A stretch of DNA of 64,000 bases from an uncultured beta proteobacterium (GTDB lineage: Bacteria; Pseudomonadota; Gammaproteobacteria; Burkholderiales; SG8-39). The stretch is taken from the NCBI GenBank assembly GCA_963714925.1, contig CAVQQK010000003.1:80186-144185 (forward strand), read 5' to 3'. Made by a program: the position numbers and the translations under genes. The notes under the pieces were generated by a model that saw nothing but the letters and a program-made list of their open reading frames with translations, did not search any database and was not told where the DNA came from. Positions within the stretch are counted from its first letter, which is position 1. Each line of letters begins with the position of its first letter. Positions 39,568 through 47,431 of the stretch are shown one piece after another.

Positions 39568-39593
39568 GGCCAGAGCGCGGTAAGGCTTATAAT
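39564..39593 (+). promoter_or_regulatory. sigma-70-type promoter for the tRNA-Gly/Cys/Leu cluster
   Basis: TTGAGG (39564-39569) - 18 nt - TATAAT (39588-39593), then a GC-rich discriminator. tRNA-Gly begins at 39607. Confidence 0.5.
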
Positions 39594-39606
39594 CCGGCCG
39601 CAACGC

Positions 39607-39682
39607 GCGGGAATAGCTCAGTTGGTAGAGCGCAACCTTGCCAAGGTTGAGGTCGCGAGTTCGAGACTCGTTTCCCGCTCCA
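39607..39682 (+). tRNA. tRNA-Gly (anticodon GCC)
   Basis: Hand-folded: acceptor GCGGGAA/TTCCCGC, anticodon arm CAACC-TTGCCAA-GGTTG, T-loop TTCGAGA, encoded CCA. Confidence 0.92.
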
Positions 39683-39802
39683 GATCATTACAAGGGGAAG
39701 TCCGTGGCGCGTAGGCTCCGGCATTGTCCGTGCCCTGGCCGAAGCGGCGGCGGCTTTCCCTTTTACGTTTCCGGTGCTCGCTTAGCTTGAGCACCGCACC
39801 CC

Positions 39803-39876
39803 GGCTGGGTGGCAGAGTGGTCATGCAGCGGCCTGCAAAGCCGTGGACGCCGGTTCGATTCCGACCCCAGCCTCCA
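39803..39876 (+). tRNA. tRNA-Cys (anticodon GCA)
   Basis: Acceptor GGCTGGG/CCCAGCC, anticodon loop CTGCAAA, T-loop TTCGATT, encoded CCA. One C:A mismatch in the T-stem. Confidence 0.85.
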
Positions 39877-39894
39877 TCCCTTTTTGCGCAAATT

Positions 39895-39981
39895 GCCCGG
39901 GTGGCGTAACTGGTAGCCGCAGGGGACTTAAAATCCCCTGACCGTAAGGTCGTGTGGGTTCGAATCCCGCCCCGGGCACCA
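39895..39981 (+). tRNA. tRNA-Leu (anticodon TAA)
   Basis: 87 nt. Acceptor GCCCGGG/CCCGGGC, anticodon arm GGGGA-CTTAAAA-TCCCC, long variable arm GACC-GTAA-GGTC, encoded CCA. Confidence 0.92.
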
Positions 39982-40061
39982 ATCGACTGACACCGATTGA
40001 CTGACCGATTCGGGTGACTGATTCAGGCGACTAAATCAGGCGGCCGAATCAGGAGCGCGGC

Positions 40062-40868
40062 ATGGCGAAAACAGATCCTTCCCCAATCGAGCGTGCGGCG
40101 CGTACGCTGTTCGACGCCCATCGCAGGAAGGCAACGTTCGCGCCCTTGCCGGACGCGCTTGCGCCGCAGACCACGGAGGCGGCCTACGATATCCAGGACG
40201 ACTTCGTAGCGCTCAAGTCCGATGTGTTCGGTCCGGTGGCGGGCTGGAAGATTGCGCTCACCACGCCCCAGATGCGCGCCATGGTCGGGGTGAATGACTC
40301 GATCGGCGGCACCCTGCATAGCGGACAGATCCAGAACACGCCGGGCCGCGTGCGTGCAGCGGACTACGCGCATCTGATTGTCGAATTCGAAATCGGGGTG
40401 GCGCTGGCGGAAGACCTGCCGGCCGCCGACGCACCGTATACGCGCGAGCGCGTTGCACGGGCCGTCGGTGCCGTGATGCCGGCACTCGAAATTGCAGACG
40501 ACTGGAACGCCGACTACAAGGACCTGGCCAAGCACGCGCTGCTGATCGCTGCCGACAATGCGTGGAACGAAGGCGCGGTGCTCGGCGCCCCGATCGCCGA
40601 TTGGCGCGGGATTGACCTCGAGGCCATTCGCGGCGTGGCCACGATCAATGGCCAGGTCGTCGGCGAGGGGCAGGGGCGCGACTCGATGGGACACCCGCTC
40701 GAGGCGCTGGCATGGGTTGCCAACCATCTTGCGAAGCGCGGACATGGATTGTGGCGGGGTGCCGTGGTCATCACGGGCAGCCTGGTGACCTCGAAATTCC
40801 CGGTCGCCGGCGACGAGATCCGCTTCGAGCTCGGACCGCTGGGCGCAGTCGAGCTCAAGGTGGCGTAG
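40062..40868 (+). CDS. 2-keto-4-pentenoate hydratase-like protein (MhpD/XylJ hydratase-decarboxylase family, FAH fold)
   Basis: 268 aa with AYDIQDDFVALK, GWKIALTTP and C-terminal ITGSL, typical of the family. AGGAG sits 7 nt upstream of the ATG. Confidence 0.7.
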   Translation: MAKTDPSPIERAARTLFDAHRRKATFAPLPDALAPQTTEAAYDIQDDFVALKSDVFGPVAGWKIALTTPQMRAMVGVNDSIGGTLHSGQIQNTPGRVRAADYAHLIVEFEIGVALAEDLPAADAPYTRERVARAVGAVMPALEIADDWNADYKDLAKHALLIAADNAWNEGAVLGAPIADWRGIDLEAIRGVATINGQVVGEGQGRDSMGHPLEALAWVANHLAKRGHGLWRGAVVITGSLVTSKFPVAGDEIRFELGPLGAVELKVA

Positions 40869-40872
40869 GGCC

Positions 40873-41541
40873 GTGGCGCGCATCGGCGACAGTCTCTCGG
40901 GCAAGCGCGTCTACGTGACGCAAATCGACGAATTCATGGGACCGGAGTTGAAGGCGGTGTTCGCCGAGCACGGTGCCGAGGTGCTCGGTGCGTCCGGTGC
41001 GCGCGAGGCCGACCTGCGCGCCGCCGGCCAGGTGGACGTCCTGGTGTGCAATCTGGGCGTACCGGCGCCGTCGACGCGCGTGCACGAAGTGACCGACGAC
41101 GAGTGGCGCACGGTGTTCGCCGGCATGGTCGACCCGCTGCCGCGCCTGTTTCGTACCGTGCTGCCACAGATGCTCGAGCGGCGTGCGGGCAAGATCGTGG
41201 TCATGGGCAGTGCCACCGCCCTGCGAGGACAAAAGCGCACCTCGACTTACGCCGCCGCGCGCGGCGCACAACTGTCCTACGTCCGCGCCGTCGGCGCCGA
41301 GGTGTCGGCGCAGAACGTGCAGGTCAATCTGATTGCGCAAAACTTCGTCGAAAACCCGATGTACTACCCACCGGCCGTGCAGGCGCTGCCTGCGTTCCAG
41401 GAACGCCTGCGGCGTGAAGTGCCTGCCGGACGGCTCGGTACGGCGCGCGAGGACGCCCTGTTCGCGGTCTTTCTCGCCTCGAGCGAGGTGAGCTTCATCG
41501 CCGGGCAGGCGATTCCGTTCGCTGGCGGCTGGGTCAGCTGA
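40873..41541 (+). CDS. SDR-fold protein with halohydrin dehalogenase fingerprint (putative HHDH)
   Basis: VYVTQIDEFMG gives T-X4-F-X-G in place of TGxxxGxG. GSATALRGQKRTSTYAAARG gives S-X12-Y-X3-R (Arg instead of the SDR Lys). Further blocks align by eye with HheC as recalled. Confidence 0.6.
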   Translation: MARIGDSLSGKRVYVTQIDEFMGPELKAVFAEHGAEVLGASGAREADLRAAGQVDVLVCNLGVPAPSTRVHEVTDDEWRTVFAGMVDPLPRLFRTVLPQMLERRAGKIVVMGSATALRGQKRTSTYAAARGAQLSYVRAVGAEVSAQNVQVNLIAQNFVENPMYYPPAVQALPAFQERLRREVPAGRLGTAREDALFAVFLASSEVSFIAGQAIPFAGGWVS

Positions 41542-43009
41542 ACCCGCCGCCCGCTTCGACCGCCTTTTTCAGCTCGAATTTCTGCACCTTGCCCATCGCG
41601 GTCTTGGGCAGGCTGTCCATGAACAGCACGCGGCGCGGGTGTTTGTAGCGCGCGAGCCGGTCCTGGAACAGCGCGAGGACCCCGGCCTGGTCGATCGAAG
41701 ACCCCGCCACGCGCACGATGCAGGCGCAGGCGGCTTCGCCCCATTTGGCATCGGCAATGCCGACGACGGCCGATTCGGCGATCTCGGCGCAGTCGGCGAG
41801 CACGTTTTCCAGCTCCGCCGGATAGACATTCTCGCCGCCGGAAATGATCACGTCCTTCGATCGTCCGGCGATCCAGTAAAAGCCCTCGGCGTCGCGCCGT
41901 CCGAGGTCGCCGCTGCGAAACCAGCCCTCGACCAGGGCTTCGCGCGTCGCTTCGGGCGCGTTCCAGTAGCCGCGCATGACGTTCGGCCCGCGCACCCAGA
42001 GTTCGCCTACGACGTCGGTTGCCGCCTCGGTGCCGGCATCGTCGACGGCGACCCTGACCTCGCAGTGCAGCGCCGGCTTGCCCGCGCTGCCCAGCCTGGC
42101 CTCGGCATCCTCCTTCAGCAGGACGGTGGCGAAGGGCGCGGTTTCGGTCGAACCGTAGATCTGGCCGACCGGGACGCCGCGCGCGAGGAAGGCGCGGATC
42201 AGCGAGTCCGGCACCACCATCGATCCGGCATGGATCATGCGCAGGCAGGACAGGTCGGTCTGCGCCCATGCCGGCTGCGCGAGCACGGCCGCCATCATCG
42301 CCGGCACCAGGACGCTGAGCGAAGGCCGGTCGGCCGCGAGCGCGGCCAGCCACTGCCCCGGGTCGAAGCGTCGCAACAGGGTGACCGAGGCGCCCGCGAC
42401 GAGGACCGGCAGTGCCTGGATGTTCAGCCCGCCGACGTGGAACATGGGCAGGCTGTTGAGCGCGTGGTCGCGCTGGCCCATGTCGTGGGCGTGGATCGCG
42501 TTCCACGCGTTCCACAGCAGCGCCGCCTGCGTGAGCACGGCACCTTTCGGGCGTCCCGTCGTCCCCGAGGTGTACACGATCAGCGCATCGTCGGCGTCGC
42601 AACCGGCAATCGCTGCCTCGGGTCCGCCACCCTCGAGCACCTCGAAGCCCTGCACCGGCACATCGAGGCCCGCGGCGTGCGCGCGGAACTCGGCGTCCGC
42701 GAACAGCAGCTTCGGCGTGCAGTCGCCCAGCATGTACCGGTGCTCGGCCGCGGTGAGGCGCCAGTTGAGCGGAACGAGGATCGCGCCGAGCCGCGCGAGC
42801 GCGAGCAGGACGACGAGAATCTCGGGGCAGTTGGCGGCAAGCAGGGCGACCCGGTCGCCCCGCGCCACGCCGAGTCCGGCGAGCGCGCGGGTGGCGGACG
42901 CGATGCGTTGCCACAGCGCGCCATAGGCGATGTCCTCGCCCTCGAAGCGGAGCGCGCGCTTGGCGGGGAACTGCGCCGCGTTGCGCTCGACGATGCGCGA
43001 AAGATTCAC
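41534..43009 (-). CDS. AMP-dependent acyl-CoA synthetase/ligase
   Basis: AMP-binding signature IVYTSGTTGRPKGAVL, YGSTE, GDLGRRDAEGFYWIAGRSKD, 491 aa. Confidence 0.88.
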   Translation of the reverse strand: MNLSRIVERNAAQFPAKRALRFEGEDIAYGALWQRIASATRALAGLGVARGDRVALLAANCPEILVVLLALARLGAILVPLNWRLTAAEHRYMLGDCTPKLLFADAEFRAHAAGLDVPVQGFEVLEGGGPEAAIAGCDADDALIVYTSGTTGRPKGAVLTQAALLWNAWNAIHAHDMGQRDHALNSLPMFHVGGLNIQALPVLVAGASVTLLRRFDPGQWLAALAADRPSLSVLVPAMMAAVLAQPAWAQTDLSCLRMIHAGSMVVPDSLIRAFLARGVPVGQIYGSTETAPFATVLLKEDAEARLGSAGKPALHCEVRVAVDDAGTEAATDVVGELWVRGPNVMRGYWNAPEATREALVEGWFRSGDLGRRDAEGFYWIAGRSKDVIISGGENVYPAELENVLADCAEIAESAVVGIADAKWGEAACACIVRVAGSSIDQAGVLALFQDRLARYKHPRRVLFMDSLPKTAMGKVQKFELKKAVEAGGGFS

Positions 43010-44248
43010 TCAGTCGTCTGCCTCGTCGGGTTCGTAGAGCGCTTCGCGTCCGATGCGGTCGAGGCAGAGTTCGGCTGTCCACGGCAGCATGAGGGCGCCG
43101 CAGCGCGAATCTCGGTACAGGCGCTCGAGCGGGAGGCTTTTCAGCATCGATTGTCCGCCGCAGGTGCGGATTGCCAGACGGCACAGGTCGTTGGCGTTCT
43201 CCATCACCGTGAACTGGGTCGCGTAGGCGCGCAACCGCGCGTCCTTGGACGGATCGACCCGCGCATCGTCCAGCATGCGGAGAAAGAGGGCGCGCGTCTG
43301 CTCGAGTTTTATGTGCATCTCGGCAACGGCGATCTGCTTGGTTGGATACATGCGCCGCTTGACCGGCGGCATGCCAGGTACCTCGCCACGCAGGTAGCGG
43401 ACCGTGAACGCATAGGCTGCGACGGCAATGCCCATGTAGGTCGGCGAGAGGGTGGTGAACATATGCGGCCAGCGCGAGGCCGCCTGAAAGTAGACGCCCC
43501 GCGGCATCATCGCTGCATCGTCGCTGACGAACACGTCCTTGAAGACGAGATTGCGCGACACGGTCCCGCGCATGCCGAGCGGATCCCAATCTCCCGTGAT
43601 CTCGAGTCCGGGCGAATCGGCCGGCACCGCCAGATACAGCGTGTCGCGCATGCTGCGGTCCGGACGGTCCTCGGTACACAGCATGCCGTAGTAATTCGCA
43701 GCACCCGAGAGTGATGCGAAAATTTTCTTGCCATTGATCAACCATCCGCCATCCACCTTGGCGGCGAGGGTGCCGAATGGCGCCCTGCCTGCGGCGGCGG
43801 CACTGCCCTCTGAAAAGGGCTGTGCGTAGATGGCACCGTCCTTGACCACGCGCTCGAAGTGAATCTGGCGGTGACGCTCGTGCGCCGCCGTTTCCTCTGT
43901 CGTCAGATCGAGGTCGTCGGTCAGGATGCCCGGCCACAGCGTGGAGCAGGCGTGCATGTTGAAGGTGAGGGCCGTGGCGCCGCAGTATTTTCCGAGCGTT
44001 GCCGACACCAGAGAATAGGTCTTGAAATCCGCACCCCGGCCGCCGAATCGCTCTGGAACACACAGTCCGAGCAGACCAGCCGCGCGCAAATCGGCGTAGT
44101 TCTCGAACGGAAACGTCGCTTCCCGGTCGTAACCCGCCGCGCGCTCGGCAAATCCAGGGCCGAGCGATTCGGCAATGCCGATCAAATCGCGCTGACGATT
44201 GGTCAGCAGATAGGGTTCGCCGCAAATGGCGTAGCGTGGGTCTGGCAC
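43010..44248 (-). CDS. acyl-CoA dehydrogenase-fold flavoprotein (dehydrogenase or ACAD-fold oxygenase)
   Basis: ACAD-like N-terminal (LRAAGLLGLCVPERFGG), middle and C-terminal (ERLYRDSR) domains. The usual EGT-x-E catalytic context is not obvious. GTG 44248, preceded by GAGG and 7 nt after the upstream stop, is preferred over ORF-track start 44362, which overlaps the hydrolase by 107 nt. Confidence 0.7.
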   Translation of the reverse strand: MPDPRYAICGEPYLLTNRQRDLIGIAESLGPGFAERAAGYDREATFPFENYADLRAAGLLGLCVPERFGGRGADFKTYSLVSATLGKYCGATALTFNMHACSTLWPGILTDDLDLTTEETAAHERHRQIHFERVVKDGAIYAQPFSEGSAAAAGRAPFGTLAAKVDGGWLINGKKIFASLSGAANYYGMLCTEDRPDRSMRDTLYLAVPADSPGLEITGDWDPLGMRGTVSRNLVFKDVFVSDDAAMMPRGVYFQAASRWPHMFTTLSPTYMGIAVAAYAFTVRYLRGEVPGMPPVKRRMYPTKQIAVAEMHIKLEQTRALFLRMLDDARVDPSKDARLRAYATQFTVMENANDLCRLAIRTCGGQSMLKSLPLERLYRDSRCGALMLPWTAELCLDRIGREALYEPDEADD

Positions 44249-44255
44249 AGTGACC

Positions 44256-44999
44256 TCAAATTGAGTGGCGTCGTAAGAAGGCGAGGAGGGTGGCGTTGAA
44301 CGCCTCGGGCTGATCCATCGGCCCAAGGTGGCCGCAGCCCGCCAGAATCTCGAGTTCGGCACCGGGAATGCGGGGCGCCATGCGCTGCATGACGCTTGCC
44401 GGCGCGGTGCGGTCGTCGCTGCCTGCGACGAGCAGGGTGGGCACCCGGATGTCGGGCAGCAGGGCGCGGCGATCGAAGGTGGTGAGCAGGGCCACCGCTT
44501 TGCGGTAGGTCTCCGGCGGAACGCGCGCCATGAGGCGTTCCGCGCGCGCCAGTCCGCCGGGGTCCGAGCGGGGACCGCGCATGGTCGGCATCAGCGCGGC
44601 CGCGATATCAGACATGCTACGCCCCGCGTCGAGCGGCGCGATCCGCGCTGCGACGAACTCGCGCGCAAAGTCGCTACTGCCGCCGCCGAACGCGCTCGAG
44701 GTGAAGCAGAGCACGAGCGCGCGCACGCATTGCGGATGGCGTGCGTAGGTTTCCTGCGCGATGAAGCCGCCCATGCTGTGCCCGACCAGAACCGCCGCCT
44801 CACCGACCTCGCGCGCGATCATCCGCAGCAGCGCCGCGGCGATCCGCTCGAGATCATAGGGTTCGACCCCCGGCGCATCACCGTAGCCCGGCTGGTCCCA
44901 GGCGAGCGTCCGGTAGCCGCGCGCCGAAAAGAACGCGCACTGATCATCCCAGGCGCCATGACCGCCGCCGACCCCGTGCAGGAAAACCAGCGTGGTCAC
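44256..44999 (-). CDS. alpha/beta-fold hydrolase
   Basis: 247 aa with the oxyanion FLHGVGG, nucleophile elbow GHSMGG and C-terminal GCGHLGPMDQPE (His). Confidence 0.85.
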   Translation of the reverse strand: MTTLVFLHGVGGGHGAWDDQCAFFSARGYRTLAWDQPGYGDAPGVEPYDLERIAAALLRMIAREVGEAAVLVGHSMGGFIAQETYARHPQCVRALVLCFTSSAFGGGSSDFAREFVAARIAPLDAGRSMSDIAAALMPTMRGPRSDPGGLARAERLMARVPPETYRKAVALLTTFDRRALLPDIRVPTLLVAGSDDRTAPASVMQRMAPRIPGAELEILAGCGHLGPMDQPEAFNATLLAFLRRHSI

Positions 45000-46042
45000 G
45001 CGAGTTCGTTCTGCAGTTGGCCGTCGGCGACGATCGTGCGGCCGTCTAGGTTCAGCGTGCAGTGGCGGAATGGCAGGTCGAAGTGTCCGAGCGTGTAGCG
45101 TCCCGCAACTTCGTTTGCGCCGGTGGAATAGAGAAAATTTCCGGCGAACGCGCGCTGTTCTGTGCCATTGACGTCGCGGCGGTCGTACATGACGAGCGCA
45201 TCCCAGCGCGCACGGGGATTCATGCCCCAGCCGACGTGCGATACCGCATAGGCCTCGCGATCGCCCCAGGCGGCAAAGTACTCGCGCATCAGCTCCGCAT
45301 CGAGCGATTGCCCCTCGATGCGCGTTACGTAATCGGATTCAACCACCAGCCGAACCGGCGATTCGACGTAACGTTTGAAGGTCAGATTGAGGTCGCCCGG
45401 CGCCATCACGAGGGTCCCGTCCACACTGCCGGCGGGCGGAAAGCACAGGCATAAGCCACCCGGCCAGTGCGACAGCGTGCCCGGCTTTTCCGTGTAGCCC
45501 CAGACGCCCCCCACGCGGGCACCCGCGACGTTGATCGTGAGATCCGTGCCTGCGGGCGAGCTCACCGTCAGGCGCTTCGCGGCACGCAGCATGCGCATGG
45601 CCGCCCTCACCTTCTCTTCGTCGACGGGGGAGGGGGCGAGGCGTTCGAGCACCTCCGGATGCTCATTCGAGATGTATAGAACGCGCGCACCGCCCTGCAG
45701 GATCTGCGGCAACTCCGGCGCGTGCATGAGCCCTTCGACCGTGCAATCGGCTACGAACGTGCTCGCGGCAAGTGCCTGGAGCACCGCGCCCATGTCAGTC
45801 AGCGCGACCGACGCGCCGGTGGATCGAATCGGGACGGGCGCCGTCTGCCGTGGCGTGGGCACGATGACGTGAAAAGGCCTGGCGCCGATTCGGGCGAGTC
45901 CGAGTTCGGCCAGCTGAACGTTCAGCGGCCTCGATTGGGACTCTGATAGCACCGCGCAAACGTCGCCCGCGCCCACTTTGCAACGCGCGAACACGTCAGC
46001 AAAGAGGTCGATCCATTTGGCTTCGATTCGGTCGTTGATCAT
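44996..46042 (-). CDS. NicX-like 2,5-dihydroxypyridine 5,6-dioxygenase family protein (aminopeptidase-T/M29 fold)
   Basis: Blocks SHWPGG, GTLVMAPGDLNLTFKRY, SHVGWGMNPRARW, RAFAGNFLYSTG and GHFDLPF parallel P. putida NicX as recalled. That includes the His...His-x-Asp positions used for Fe(II). ATG 46042 has GGAG upstream. Confidence 0.55.
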   Translation of the reverse strand: MINDRIEAKWIDLFADVFARCKVGAGDVCAVLSESQSRPLNVQLAELGLARIGARPFHVIVPTPRQTAPVPIRSTGASVALTDMGAVLQALAASTFVADCTVEGLMHAPELPQILQGGARVLYISNEHPEVLERLAPSPVDEEKVRAAMRMLRAAKRLTVSSPAGTDLTINVAGARVGGVWGYTEKPGTLSHWPGGLCLCFPPAGSVDGTLVMAPGDLNLTFKRYVESPVRLVVESDYVTRIEGQSLDAELMREYFAAWGDREAYAVSHVGWGMNPRARWDALVMYDRRDVNGTEQRAFAGNFLYSTGANEVAGRYTLGHFDLPFRHCTLNLDGRTIVADGQLQNELA

Positions 46043-46137
46043 GAGCACTCCGGGCAGCAGGGCGTATTCATACCGCAAAAAAATGCGCTGCGCAGAAAGC
46101 GCATGAGCGATGACGTAATCCCGTAAAATGAAATGCG

Positions 46138-46620
46138 ATGATCGTCTACGACCTGCAATGCGGCGATGGCCACCGATTCGAAGGCTGGTTCGGTTCGGCG
46201 GATGAGTTCCAGGCGCAGTGCGCCCGCGGCCTGCTGACCTGTCCGAATTGTGGCGTGACGGACGTCGTGCGCGTGCCCTCGGCGGCGCGGATCAATACGG
46301 GTGTCTCCATCCAACCCCAGCAGGCGCCGCAGTCGCATGAGATGGCGCGGGAGGCGTCCGGGGTGCCGGTAGAAGGCACTGAGGGCCGGGACCCGATTGC
46401 GATCGCGCAGATGCTTTATTCGCGGTTCGTCGACACACTGCTGACACAGACCGAGGACGTTGGTAAGGATTTTCCGGCCGAAGCGCGGCGCATCCATAGC
46501 GACCAGGCCCCCAAGCGCGGTATTCGAGGCCAGGCCACGCAAGAGGAGCATGACGCCCTGGTGGACGAAGGGATTCCGGTTGCGCGGCTACCGATACCCT
46601 CCGACGGACACTGGAATTGA
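46138..46620 (+). CDS. DUF1178 zinc-ribbon protein
   Basis: MIVYDLQCGDGHRFEGWFGSADEFQAQCARGLLTCPNCG, the characteristic DUF1178 N-terminus. Confidence 0.7.
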   Translation: MIVYDLQCGDGHRFEGWFGSADEFQAQCARGLLTCPNCGVTDVVRVPSAARINTGVSIQPQQAPQSHEMAREASGVPVEGTEGRDPIAIAQMLYSRFVDTLLTQTEDVGKDFPAEARRIHSDQAPKRGIRGQATQEEHDALVDEGIPVARLPIPSDGHWN

Positions 46621-46701
46621 TCGCCGTATTGTCGGCAATGTGTATTATGTCAAATCAATCGGTAGGCTGGACGAGCCACCGACGCGATACCCGCTATTCA
46701 A

Positions 46702-47352
46702 CTATTCCACTGCCCCTGAACGCACCAGGAGCACCTCTAGCTCCTTCATGTCCCTCATACGGGCGATCTTCAGCGCGGTCTGCCCCGACCCTGATCTGTA
46801 ATTGACGTCCGGGTCCCGGTACAGGATGACTTTCGCTACCGCCGAATTTCCGTTCCTCGCGGCCAGCATCAACGCCGTATAGGTGTTGGGTGCCACGGCG
46901 TCCTTGTTGGCGCCACGATCGAGCAGCAGTTTCGCCACGCCGGCATGCCCGGCAAACGCCGCGTAATGCAGCGGTGCCCATCCCTGTTTTGGATTGAGCT
47001 CCCCCCCCGCGTCCAACAGGCGGCGCACGACGCTTTCGTCGCCCTTCAGGCAGGCCATCAACAGCGCGGTATCGCCAAACGAGGTGCGTTGACCCACATT
47101 GGCCCGACGCGCAATCAACAGGGCGACAATCTTGTCGCTTCCCTGGCGGGCCGCAATCATCAGGATCGAGTTGCCTTTCGAGTCCGTCGTATTCGGATCC
47201 ACCCCTTGGTTCAGGAGCTTGCGGACCGCATCGATATCATCGGCTTCCACAGCGCTAAAAATCTTTTCGTACGAAGATTCAGATGACGCCTCTGTAAAAG
47301 CAAAAATACACATAACTACAGATAGATATAAGATGTATTTCATATTTAACAT
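46702..47352 (-). CDS. secreted ankyrin-repeat protein
   Basis: Signal peptide MLNMKYILYLSVVMCIFAFTEASS, then about 5-6 ANK repeats (GNSILMIAARQG, GDTALLMACLKG, WAPLHYAAFAGH, YTALMLAARNGN, GQTALKIA). The first ~25 codons are AT-rich and the rest is GC-rich. The alternative start is 47343. Confidence 0.85.
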   Translation of the reverse strand: MLNMKYILYLSVVMCIFAFTEASSESSYEKIFSAVEADDIDAVRKLLNQGVDPNTTDSKGNSILMIAARQGSDKIVALLIARRANVGQRTSFGDTALLMACLKGDESVVRRLLDAGGELNPKQGWAPLHYAAFAGHAGVAKLLLDRGANKDAVAPNTYTALMLAARNGNSAVAKVILYRDPDVNYRSGSGQTALKIARMRDMKELEVLLVRSGAVE

Positions 47353-47431
47353 TAACTTATATAAATGTTATGTATCAGATAGTTGAAGTCATTTGTGTGA
47401 ATAAACATTACTAAATAACTATATCAATTTG

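Noticed and set aside
41364-44225. 953-aa ORF on the minus strand (and the 691-aa plus-strand ORF 41639-43714) spanning the CoA ligase and ACAD genes
   Set aside because: The translations are Arg/Ala/Gly/Pro-rich low-complexity text with no motifs. They are out of frame with, or antisense to, two ORFs that carry clear AMP-binding and ACAD motifs. These are typical shadow ORFs of high-G+C DNA.
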